A stretch of 64,000 bases of DNA from the NCBI RefSeq assembly GCF_036321535.1, contig NC_087447.1, positions 39,868,001-39,932,000 of the forward strand, written 5' to 3'. Positions 1-11,200 of the stretch are shown one piece after another. The DNA is from Camelus dromedarius (lineage: Eukaryota). The position numbers were made by a program, and so were the translations under genes. Position 1 is the stretch's first letter; each line of letters starts with the position of its first letter. A model generated the notes under the pieces. The model ran no database searches and was not told where the DNA came from. It saw only the letters and a program-made list of their open reading frames with translations.

Positions 1-116
1 ACTGATTTAGCCAGTCCCCTATCGATGAGCATTTTTTCTGATCTTTGGCTATGACAACAATGCAGCAAAGACCATCCTTGTACTTGACTTTGACTAAGAA
101 TGATGAACTATCATTA

Positions 117-890
117 AAACATCCACAAACGATAAATGCTAGAGAGAGTGTGGAGAAAGGGGGACCCTCCTACGCTGTTGATGGGTACGTAGTTTGGTGC
201 AGCCACCATGGAAAACAGTATAGAGGTTCCTTAAAAAAACAAAAATAGATTGTAAACTGACTATAACTCTATAAAATTAAAAAAAAAAAACAAGAAAAAA
301 AATAGAGTTATCAGATGATCCAGCAATCCCACTCCTGGGCATATATCTGGAAAAGACAAAAAATCTAATTTAAAAAGATACATGCACCCCAATGTTCATA
401 GCAGCACTATTTATAATAGCCAAGACATGGAAACAATCTAGATGTCCATCAACAGATGAATGGGTAAAGAAGATGTGGTGTATATATATACAATGGAATG
501 CTACTCAGCCATGAAAAAGAATGAAATAATACCATTTGTGGCAACATGGATGGCCCTAGAGATTATCATACTAAGTGAAGTAAGTCAGACAGACAAAGAC
601 AAATGTCACATGATATCACTTATATGTGGAATCTAAAAAAATGACACAAATGAATTTATTTACAAAACAGAAACAGACTCACAGACATAGAAAACAAACT
701 TTACCAAAGTGGAAAGGGTTGGGGGAAAGGAGTTTGTGATTAGCAGATACAAACTACTATATACAAAATAGATAAACAACAAGGTCCTGCTGTATAGCAC
801 AAGGAACTATATTCAATAGTTTGTAATAACCTATAATAAAAATAATATGAGAGAGAAAAAATATATATTTATATGTAAAAATAAATAAAA
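117..890 (+). mobile_element. L1 LINE 3' fragment (end of ORF2 plus 3'UTR), decayed
   Basis: Typical L1 3' motifs: gatccagcaatcccactcctgggcatatatc, tgcaccccaatgttcatagcagcactattt, aaaagaatgaaataat, tatagcacaaggaactatattcaata; A-rich end. Confidence 0.9.
250..297 (+). mobile_element. Extremely 5'-truncated L1 3' terminus inserted in the older L1
   Basis: ttgtaaactgactata...poly(A), flanked by the direct repeat aaaaataga (241-249 and 298-306); the same terminal motif appears at ~25789 and ~30006. Confidence 0.75.
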
Positions 891-2149
891 TGTGAGGCCT
901 TCACATCAATGAGGATGTGACAGGCCATATCCTTGTCTTAAGAAAAAAAAGAACGATGAATCAAAGACATACAGTAGTCTCCTAAGGCGGTTCTGGGAAA
1001 TATCGCTGGAATAAGATGACTGGTTGGAAGCAGGTAATGATGCTCTGATTAGATTCATTCTGGATTTTTCTCTCAAAAAACACCTAACTATTCTATTCCT
1101 AGGCTATTCATGCCACCCGCAAATTCGTCCTATTTGAAAAGTGTAAAACCCACGTAATAATATCACAAGAATGATGTTATTTTCTTCCAGACATGACTGC
1201 CTTAAAACCCCTCCAAGATATATAGTAAATGGACTAGTCTTTCTGTGGTTGGCACCACAGGGTCGAGGATGCAGAGACTGCAGACTCTAGAAGCAGCTGT
1301 TAAGAAGATTCGCACTCTAATTTTCTGCCACACCTTGAAATGGCGAAATGTATTAAAATGTGCCACATCGCTTAACATGGGGCCAGGTTTGGAAGGTGGG
1401 CGAATGTTCCTCGGCGGCCATGTTTGCTGCTGCCCAGGCCTGCACCGGCTGTGTGTGGGACCGAATCAGAGAGAACCTATATGTGAGGTTCTGGCACAAT
1501 CCAAGCACAAGTAAGGCGTGGGGAGTAGCCTCCTGGATGAATCATTATTTCTGAATGAGGAGGAAGGCACACGTGGAAGGGAGGCAGGGGAATGGAAGTC
1601 CTTCTAAGAAGTCTCTGCTGTCAGAGGCGCGGATGCTCAAATGAGCTCCATGCAAATGAAAACTGGTCCCAACGGCATCCTGAGCCAAAGAAAATTCTTG
1701 GTTGGGGTTGAAAAAATGTCAGATAAATAGTTTCTCTTGCTTCTCAGCAGGCCCCCGCTATCACAGCAATCCAGATCTGGCCTCGGAGCCGTTCTGGCAG
1801 GTTTATCTTGGACCAGCCGCTGTGATGAAATCGCAGTAATTCCAGGTTTCCCTCAAATCTAGAGTGAGCCAGAGGCAGTCTGGGCTTCTAGCATCCGGCT
1901 TACTTCACTGCCCTCTCTCTAGTCCCTCCTCAGCTTTCAAGCTTCTGACTTTTTTTTTTTTTTTTTAAACTGAGATAGGGTTGGTAGAGGGAACCTTTCC
2001 AGTGCAGCCCAGAAATCTGGAAAACATCACTAGCAGGTTAGTTCAAGAAACCTGTCTGGAGCACTAGTGAGTCTCCTGGGGTGGGCTGCACGGTGTGAGG
2101 CTGACGTGGATCGTGAATCTGATGCTATGCCAGACCCCCTACACCAAAG

Positions 2150-2330
2150 ATCTCATTTAACCCCCAACACACTCTGAGGTAGAAACCATCATCCCTATTT
2201 TACAAAGGAGGAAACTAGGCCTCAGGAAAGTTGAGTCTCTTTCCTTTGAACTGACAGGGGTAAATAGAAGTGTCTGGATTTGACCCTGGCTGTAGCCTGA
2301 ATCTCGGCCTTTCCTTGTTCTCACTGTGTT
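2150..2330 (-). mobile_element. MIR SINE fragment
   Basis: Core motif ccctattttacaaaggaggaaactaggcctcagga...ggatttgaccctggc. Confidence 0.7.
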
Positions 2331-3774
2331 ACAGCACTCGCCATGGGCAAGAAGGCCGTATTTAGAGTCCAAGGAAAGAGACTGGAACGAGAAAAAAGAA
2401 GCTGAACAAAAGGGAAGCAACCCAAATGGGAGAGGGTTGGGAGAGTATGTTACGAAAATGACAGAGGCCCGGCCAACTGTCGCCCAAGCCCCCCCACTGA
2501 AGACCTTGTGGGTCCCGGGAGCCCCCTGGGAGGTTATTGAGCGAGTTTCCTCAGAGAACACTTATTTAAGGAGAAGAACTCCCAGCAACTGGCACAGAGA
2601 CGCGGGTGTTCTGAGAAGCTGCCCATTGCTCTTTGCCCTCGAAGGGGAGGAGACAGTGTCCTGGGTACATTTACCGTAGAAATACATGTGTGCTCTAACG
2701 GGTCCAGATTGCAGACACGACGGCCCAGGGCACTGAGAGACCTGCAGTGTGACTCACTGGGGCTTAGGCAGCGATGTTTATGGAATTTCTTGTAATTCCT
2801 TCAAAACAGGCTTCCTGGGCTAGATGGGTGGCTCCCTGCCGACTCCTTGGCTCCTGGGCTCCCACAAAGCATCCTCAATCCAGACAGGGAGATGAATTCT
2901 GGTACAGCTCAGCAACATCCAGCAGCATGTGCTGGTGAAGAGGAGGAGCGTGGATTCATAGTGGACCTAGTGGGATCCTGAACCACATGACATGTCAAGA
3001 AGGACACTTCCTAGCAAAGCTGGCCAACAAATATCTTTCATTTCCACCTGTGGCATCTTAGAGCTTGTTCTTCAAATTGTCATGAGGCAGCTCCAGAAGG
3101 CCCAGAGGGACCAGAAGGCTGGTGGTAAAAGGGCCTGACATTCAAAGTGGACAAACGGCTGGATTCCAGAAGTGACTCACCAGGGATGCTGACCTGAGGA
3201 AAATTATTTCTCCAAACAGTGAAGAGAGAAGACGGATCCCACGTCCCTGACTGCGGGTTCTCCCTGGCGTAACTCTCCAGGTGAGGGAGGGGACACATTT
3301 TAATCTTTGACTTATTTTATTAGACACTTTATGTGAGGCATGAAGAGTCAGAAGAAGATGGTGAAACTGCCCAACTTCACTCCTGTTGGTCGGGGAAGGG
3401 CCACCCCCACTGAGTAGAGCAAAAGAGACAAAGATTTAAAAAAAGCTGGCCTTATGACAATAACTTTTGAGACATATTCACATGCTGGCTTAACGTTTTA
3501 CTTTCTTTTTTGTTGGTAAGCTAGGACATTCTGTAGGGCACAGGGCACAGAGAACGCGACTAATAGGAAGAGAGGGAGCTCTGAGTTAGGTGGACTCTGT
3601 TTGTCCTTGAGTCTGACACCCACGAACCCTGAGACTTTGGGAAAGTTCCTTCCTGTTCCACAGTGTCACTTTCTTGTCTGCCAAATGGGGTACCAAAAAT
3701 ACCCTGAATCTTGACCTGAATGTTATATGTTTCCAAAATCCCCAGCACATTATGTGTGCTAAGTAAATGTTAGT

Positions 3775-3859
3775 TAATAATACTAATACTAATACTAATA
3801 CTAATACTAATACTAATACTAATACTAATACTAATACTACTAATAATATATAATAATAA
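3775..3859. repeat. (TAATAC)n hexanucleotide microsatellite with (TAA) edges
   Basis: About 10 tandem TAATAC units are directly visible; they produce the spurious VLVLVL ORF. Confidence 0.95.
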
Positions 3860-4099
3860 CCCAAAGGTACCAGGCTGTCAGCTCCAGGGCAGAGACTCTG
3901 CCTTGTTCCTCTCTGCACCCCCTGAACCCTAAAAACTGCTTGGCACACGGTGGGCAACCCCTAAATGTATGTTGCTTTAAGTGTGCTGGTTTGTTGAGCA
4001 CTATCTCTCTGTACAACATTGTTCTGGATACTCTTGGGATTGTAGGAGTGAGAGGGATCCTGGGTAGAATCCAACAGACAAGGATTGAAGTTACTGAGT

Positions 4100-4244
4100 T
4101 TCTTCTTTTTCTTTTCTTTTTCTTTTCTTTTCTTTTCTTTTCTTTTTTCTTTTCTTTTTCTTTTCTTTTTTGAGGTACTGGGGATTGAACCCAGGACCTC
4201 ATGCATGCAAAGTATGCTCTCTACCACTGAGCTATACCCACCCC
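4100..4244 (-). mobile_element. tRNA-derived SINE (camelid vic-1-like) with (GAAAA)n tail
   Basis: Reverse strand reads gggtatagctcagtggtagag (A box)...gggttcaatccccagtacctc (B box); the (CTTTT)n tail spans 4100-4170; imperfect flanking repeat gttactgagttt / gtcattgagttt. Confidence 0.9.
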
Positions 4245-4329
4245 ACTGTCATTGAGTTTTTTCTCAATGTTTTTTGTCTTTTTCTTTTTCATTTAAAGCC
4301 AGAGAAAACAGCACCTACCAGGATCAGAG

Positions 4330-4830
4330 ATATCTGGTCAGTTCGCCCCACACCATTCTCCCGTTTTTCCTTGCTGGCAGAATCCTGATTGTATATAGGG
4401 CTCCGTGTCTCCTTTCCATGACTCAGGAAGGCATAATTAATATTCACTACTTCAGGCCAGTCATTCTGGTGATCTCACTCCCTTTGCCTGTGACTGGTTC
4501 AAGGGAGGCCGTGAGGCTCAGTCCTGGCCAAGAAGGCACATTGCTAAGGGATGCCAAGAAAGGTTCTTTGCTTTAAAAAAAGAGGCAGAAGAAGACACAC
4601 AGCAGAAGAATCCAGTCCCTTTTTCACTGGCTGTTGAGGCTGCCATCTCAGGCCCACGTGGAGAAACACAGACCCTGAGGATGGCACAGCTGAACACGGG
4701 AAAGATCCTGGGTCCTTGGTGATGTCATGGAACCACGGAGCAAACCAGCCCTGGAATTCTTGTTACGTGGATGCAGTTTCCTTTTGATTTAGGCCAGTCA
4801 AGTCAGAACTTGTGCTTTCTCCAGGTGAAG
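4330..4830 (+). mobile_element. Probable MLT1-type (MaLR) solo LTR remnant
   Basis: Resembles recalled MLT1 segments (ttccttgctggcagaatcctgatt; gctgccatct; tcctgggtccttggtgatgtc; ttcttgttacgtg). Confidence 0.5.
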
Positions 4831-5074
4831 GCAACCTAGGGGAGGCTCTCCTTCACAGGCTGGTTAATGAGGGTTCCCCTCCCTTCTTCCAGGACACAGG
4901 ACATTTGCCAGGAATACTGTGGGAGGGGTTCCTGCCTCGTGTGGGAGATGAGGTAGGTCCTCTCAAACGCTAGAATTCTCTGTTCGCCTGTTCTTCAGAG
5001 AGGACCTCTGAAAAGCCACTGGAGGGAGTTCCTCAGGGAAATAGGAGGCAGCGGGTGACACGAGAAAGAGTGCA

Positions 5075-5255
5075 GGACTTAGAGGAAGGAATCCTGAGCT
5101 TGACCCTGGCCATTCGCTTGGCAGCCCTGCAGCTCAGCTGAATGACATAGGCTCTCATAACTTCAGTTTTCTTACCTGCAAAATGGGGACAAAAGGAGCC
5201 CCTACCTCAGGATAAGGATTAAATGAGAAAACGTCAAAGTGCTTTACAGTGTGAA
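5075..5255 (+). mobile_element. MIR SINE fragment
   Basis: cttcagttttcttacctgcaaaatgggga...ggattaaatgagaaaacgtcaaagtgcttt core. Confidence 0.7.
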
Positions 5256-8200
5256 CTCCTCTTTATAGACAATCAAAAAAAAAAAAAAAAGTCAAAGAGC
5301 AGAAAAGGAAGGCTTTCATTTACCTTACTAGGAAGGCATAAAAAAATAGAGAGAGATGGAATATATAGATGTTTGCTGGGAAACAAACAACTTGGGGTGG
5401 TCTTCTCTAGGAAGGATTTCATGCGCTCTGCCCCACCAACTTTCCCAAATAATACAACTTTTTCTAAGTGGTTCTAAAGAGCAGAACAGCTGAGAGCAGA
5501 AGGGAAAAGAGAAGTCCCTTGGACCGTGGCCTGCAGCCCTGCTGCCACAAACTATTAATAGCCTATAAACACTTGGAGTGGAGCCCCAGCCCCTCCCACC
5601 CCGGGGACAGCAGCGGGGTCAGAGCGCTGCCTGATATGGTCTCAGAATACTGGTGATCCCGGAATTCTCCCAGTTAGGGAACTGTTTTCCTGCTGGGCCG
5701 GGCCTGGCTGGGTTTCCTCTCGCCGAGCCCCCCGCCTGAACTGCTCGTCGGGTTCACGATCAGCAGGCACTAACTGACCGCCCTCTGGGTGCTCACCACC
5801 CACGAGCTGCCTTGACACGCATGTTCTCGTTGTACCCCTGCAGCAATGAGCAGAGCTGTTTTCCAGAAACAGAACCCAGTTCAGAGAGTGGTCATGACCT
5901 GTTCAAGGTCACCCAGAAGGGAAATTCGGTTTTAGAACCCAACCTGACTGTCTCCAAGCCCGTGCTCTAACTTTGCATTACCCTGTGGAGTCTCGGGACT
6001 TCTGGGCCTCCAACAAGACCAGCCAAATCCTCTGAACATGCTGGCAAGAAGGGTAAGGAGCCTGGGGGTAGAGTGAGCAAGAGAGCAGGGATGAAGCCAG
6101 CCTGGCACCTGCACAGAACCTGCGGGCTGAAGGAGCTGACATGCCCGTCAGCACTGCTCTGCTGGCTAGGCTGAGGGCCCAGGGAGCAGGCCCTCTCCGC
6201 TTCCCTCTCTTTGCACAGTCATGCCTGGTTTTATCACTTCCATGCTTAGAGAGACTTACAGACCCTCTCTGCTTCCTGAATGCAAAACAAAGACAGTCCC
6301 CTAGCTTGACATTTGAGGTCCTTCACGACTCAACTCCTGTCCTTCTTTCCACACTTACTCTGTGCCTTTGTTCCCACCCAGACCTGTTTTACAGGTCCCG
6401 GGATAGCCATTTTGTGTTGTAGGCCTCTTTGGACCCCAGAGCCCAGCCCAGCATCTGGAAGAGCTGCAATGCTGAGGAAATAAAGGAAAAGTGGTTTTCC
6501 CCTTATTAACTGGGTCCGGACAGCTGGAGCCAGGGGGATGGGGCCTGGGGTGCGGGGTGAGGAGCCCACAGACAGAGGAAGGCCCAGCCTGCCCCTTCTG
6601 ACTGCAGGGCAGAGTTCTGCGACCCTGGGCCCAGGCGGCTTGGCCTTTTCTCCTTTCGGGTGTGCTGGGGCTGGGGCGTTGGTGCTGTCTGGGGCCCTGG
6701 GTCCAGGCTGCTTCCAGGAGTCCTTCTCCAGTGGGTTGGGTATAAACATTAGATCCTGAGTGTTGTCTTCTTCAGTCTGGATGGCAGTACGTCCCACGGG
6801 GGAATGGAAGTGAGAGCATGTACTGGGTGCCGTTGAGGGGCCAGGAGTTGTGCTGGGAGTTGTTGTCCCAGGAAGCACGTCCAGAGAGGAGCCCATCTAC
6901 CTAAGACATCTTTTTTTCCAACAAAGAATGGGAAGTGGGGTGCTTCTCTGGGTGGCCTATCCTGAGAACTAGGATCATTAAGCTTACAGGCAGTCTTCCT
7001 AGGCTGGCTTTGCTCATCACCAGTACCTGCTTTTATGAATGTAACAGAGAGGACTTGCTGGGAATGGCTGATCCCACACTCTACAATGGGAGACTTACCC
7101 AGTTTGTACTGCATTCTAATGCACCATGGGTTGGGGCGGTGGAGGTCTGGGAGTCACAGGGGGAGCTATTTCTGCCCTGACTCAGGCAGGAGTCCTTTCC
7201 TTGCAGATTCTGTATTCCCTGCCTGGGAGCTCACTGCTGAGTTTCACTGGGATGCCCTTTCCGTGCACCTGCAGGGAATTCTCAGCATCAGCAGAGGTTC
7301 AGTTTGCTGCAATGTGAGCACGGTCTTGGTGAATTAGTTGCCGTGGAGGTCACTTTTGCCTGATTGGTCTGCCCGACTCGTACCACCCCAAATCCCCAAA
7401 GGACTTCTCTCCCCGTGACCTTGGTGCTCAGAGTTCTGGGGCCTGGATGTCTGTGCTCTCAATCCCAACCATCCTAATCTCCCTCCTGCCCTGGGGCAGG
7501 GAAGGGGTAGCCCTCCCGCTGCCTTTGATGGGAAGGGTCATTTCTGCCCAGTGCCTGGTAGCCTCGGGGAGAGCGGCGAGCACAGGGCACTACTGCTTGA
7601 TCTTACCGCATCCCCGGGTGCAGATGCTTTTCCACGTTCCATGTGCTTTTTCGGAGTCCTCATGGAAACTTGCAGAAGTGGAGATTATTATCACTCCTGT
7701 TCTGCAGGTAAGAGGAGACTCAAGGAGAAGCCTTTGCCACTAGTGGCAGGGTGGGAATTGCATCCAGGGCTGCTTTGTCAGTATCCAGTTCACATCCCTC
7801 ATGCAGCTAAGGAGCTCGCCCTCAGCAGAGGAGAGCACGTGCCCAGGGGTTCATCCTCCATGTCCGTCCCAGCCACCCGGCACCTGGAAGCCATGGGATG
7901 CCCTTTGAAGAAGCATGTGTTCACCAAGACTTGAGGAGCCAGCTTCTGGGGGACCTGGGGCTGTGGCTGGCACGTGCCTTGGACCATGTTTTGCTCTGAG
8001 GCTGAGTCATCCCTGGACATTCGTATCAGGTCACTCTGTGGTCTTATGTTACCTGTCTTACAGCATTTTGGGGTTCTTTTGGACCTTCCCCAGCCCTCCT
8101 TCAGGGGGACTGGTTTCACAGGCCACCCATCTCCTGAGACACACCAAGCTTACTTGCTTTTTCACTTTTATTTTCACCACTTCACACTGTCTGTGCCATT

Positions 8201-11200
8201 TCCTTCTGTGTCCCATGTCCCTAAGAAAGTAAAGCGCTCCTATTTAATGAGTGCCTGGCACACATCATGTTTTTGAATTTAATCCTTATAACAAGCCTGT
8301 GAGAGTTTAGTCCCATTTTTACAGTTCAGGATGGTACCTTCCCTTTAGTATCCTTCCTTACCTAATAAGTGGCAAAGCCAGAATTTGAACCTGGGCCTTT
8401 TAACTGCTCCTTTTCCATATACCCTCTGTCTCCGAAGGAAGTTGGTGCCAACTGCGGTGGCCACTTAAATTCAAACTTGAGCTTGAACTCTGCTGGGTCT
8501 CCAGATGGGCTAAGCCATGCTCCCCCTGATGTTTCTCTTCTGTCCCAGGTGCTCTGCTCAATCCTTCCTTCTAGTGACTTTATTTGCTGATAATCCTGGG
8601 CTCAGAGAGCTGAGAGAGGCTTCAGAAGCCTCCCAGTCCCCTCCTGCCCAATCCTCACAGCCTCACTGGAGGTGAGCAGGACAGATGCTGTTTCCTCCTT
8701 TCTTGGATGAGGAAGTGTTTTCAGAGAGGGTGTGCTGCATCTTCTCTGTTTGCCCCTCCAGGCCTGCTTTCAGGCTGTGTCCACCCTTCCCTGTGCCCCA
8801 GGAGGCTGCAGCAGCTGGGCTCCCTTGGCCTCCGGCAGGAGACTCCAGGGCCCCAGGAGAAAAGGGGGTGTTCACTCCCCTGCTCCCTCCCTGGCCTTGG
8901 TTTGGTGGTACTGAGTAGATTTCTGCACCGAAAGCCACGGCTCCTGTCTGGCAGCCCTTTCTTGTGGCTGTAGATGTTGGGTCCCCATAAGGGCCCGTGC
9001 TCCTGCCCCCAGCGTGGTACTGGGTGCCCAGCGCTACCTGCTTGTCTCCAGAGCTTTATTGTTCCTCGTTGCTCCCTCAGCCCTGCCCCCAGCTTTGAAA
9101 ATGGTGACTTCATTAAATTCTCACTCCTGAGAGGTCCATCTGTTTCCTGCAGGGACTCACCTGAGACCGAGGTGCTGTGCCTGGCCCAGGGTCTCTCGGC
9201 ATCTCAGGGGAGGAGCTGGCTCTGAACTCGGGTCTCAGGGCTCCTTGTCTGATGATAAACTTCGTGTGCTACCTGGGCCAGCCCTGCTCTGCAGCCCAAA
9301 CACAGCTGCCTAAGGCTGAGCACCTTACAGATCAGCTCTCACACACATTCCCGCAGTACGACATTGTCCACTCTGGTCACTTTAGGGGACCAGTTACTCT
9401 CGGCTCTTCCCAGGCAAACATTACTGAGTGTATGAGAGCACCTCTGAGTCCAGACCCCTTATTTCTTGCCCCAGCTGGCCCTGCCTTCTCCAGGGCCATC
9501 CCTGCTGGCCCAGAGGCAGTTCAGTCCTTCAGCCTAACGGTCAGAGCCCAGCCCTTGAGGTGTTTTCTGGCCTGGGGCTCAGCCCTGAACTCCAGGGATC
9601 TCCCGGAAGTTTCCAGTCTTCCAAGCTCCTGGTCACTAGCTGCATAGGTGGCTGGAACCACCCCCTCTGCTTGATGTTGGATGTTGGACACTGTGTCTGC
9701 CTAGGGGACTGTCTCTTCCCAGGTCCACCCCATCTAGACCTTGTCTGAGTTTCAGAGTCCACATAGTGCCACCTCCACTGGCCACCCCCATCATCAACAG
9801 TGCCTGAGCTCTGGGAACGCTGTCCCTTTGAGGAGACCACAACCAGTGGCCAGATTTGGGGGCACAAATACCGATATCCCTACCCCCCAGCCCCTGGGGA
9901 AGGGAGCCAAGGCTGGGACCGATGGCAGGACCTCAGCCAACCGGTTTGGACTCATAATCAGTAATACTCCCTTCGAGAAATAAGAGAGCCAGGAAAGGAC
10001 ACTGAGGCAGAAACACAGGTGTGTTGGGGAACGGCGCCCTGTCCCCTTGCTCTCACAGCCACAGCCTCTGAACCGAGGGGACCCTGTGGGCTCAGGGCCT
10101 GAAGGAGGCTGAACTTGCAGGTTGGGGCCTCTTTGCCTGAGGTGCACATGGGGCCCCGCAGGGACCAGTAGGACTGCCACCCTGATTTTCTGCCCTTTTC
10201 CCCTACTTGCTTATGCAGCAGTGAGCCCTCCCTTGTCTCTCCTGGCTGGTGTATCAGGAGGCTTTTTTCCCACCGAGGCCTGGGAGCACAGCCTCTTCCA
10301 CAGAGGGCCTCCCCCAGCCATTATTCCCAAGAGGCGGCAGGGGCGAGGACCCATGTGGGTCTCATATGTGTCATAAACGACCTGAAGACCCCATTTTCCC
10401 CAAGAGCTAGTGGCAGTATGACCAATGCACAGAACCCAGGCTGGGAAGTCTTGCAGACCTGGTCTGGAATTTGGCGCCACCGCCTCCAAGCTGTGCAACC
10501 TCATGCAACTCATTTATAACATCTGTGAAATGCAAAGTCGATGACATCTCCCTCACAGGGCTGCTGGGCCGATTAGGAGAAATGCTTATGTACAGAGCAG
10601 GTATACAGATGTACCTGCAGGCCCCTCAAGATGGCGGCTGTCTTGCTCTTTGTACATCCCCTGCTCGACCTACACCTGCTGCACCTACACCCTACTCACA
10701 GGAACGTGCTTGCCCCCGCGCCTTAGGCCAGAACGGCTTCACCTGCTAGTTATTAAAAGGAAACATCTTGTGATGGTCGTTAACATGCGGGGCCGTGAGG
10801 GGCGTGCTCCTGTTGGTTGCTGGTTTCCCTGGGAACTGATGAGCCAACCTGAGGTTAACTCCCCCTATAAATGGTAGCCGCCCTCCCCCACCGGGAGCGG
10901 CGTAGGCTCTCATGTCCCGCCTGCCGTCGGCCGCACATGACGGGGGTGTTGCTCTGGGGAACTCGTCTCCGATAGGTGAGCTTCCCCGTCCAGCAAGTCA
11001 CTGCTGTCTCTGTCGCTGTCCCCGGGCCACTTAGTGGTCTCGAGGCTGGGCAACCTCAAGGCCTGTGGGTCTGTGGGGAGCAGCCCAGCATCAAACACGT
11101 CAGCACTTTTAACGTCGTCCCACAGGGGTGGAGGGCAACGGGGTCAAAGGCCCCCGGGGCCAGCTTTGCTACCAGTCTGCCCTGCGACCTCGGGTGGGCT

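Noticed and set aside
3586..4227. ORFs with VLVLVL and KEKKRK low-complexity tracts
   Set aside because: They are translations of the (TAATAC)n microsatellite and the SINE tail.
4171..4244. tRNA-like sequence with A and B boxes (also at 30052 and 31480)
   Set aside because: Degenerate stems, A-rich tails and TSDs identify them as SINEs, not tRNA genes.
10864..10874. Possible SRF CArG box cctataaatgg
   Set aside because: It has seven A/T between CC and GG rather than six.
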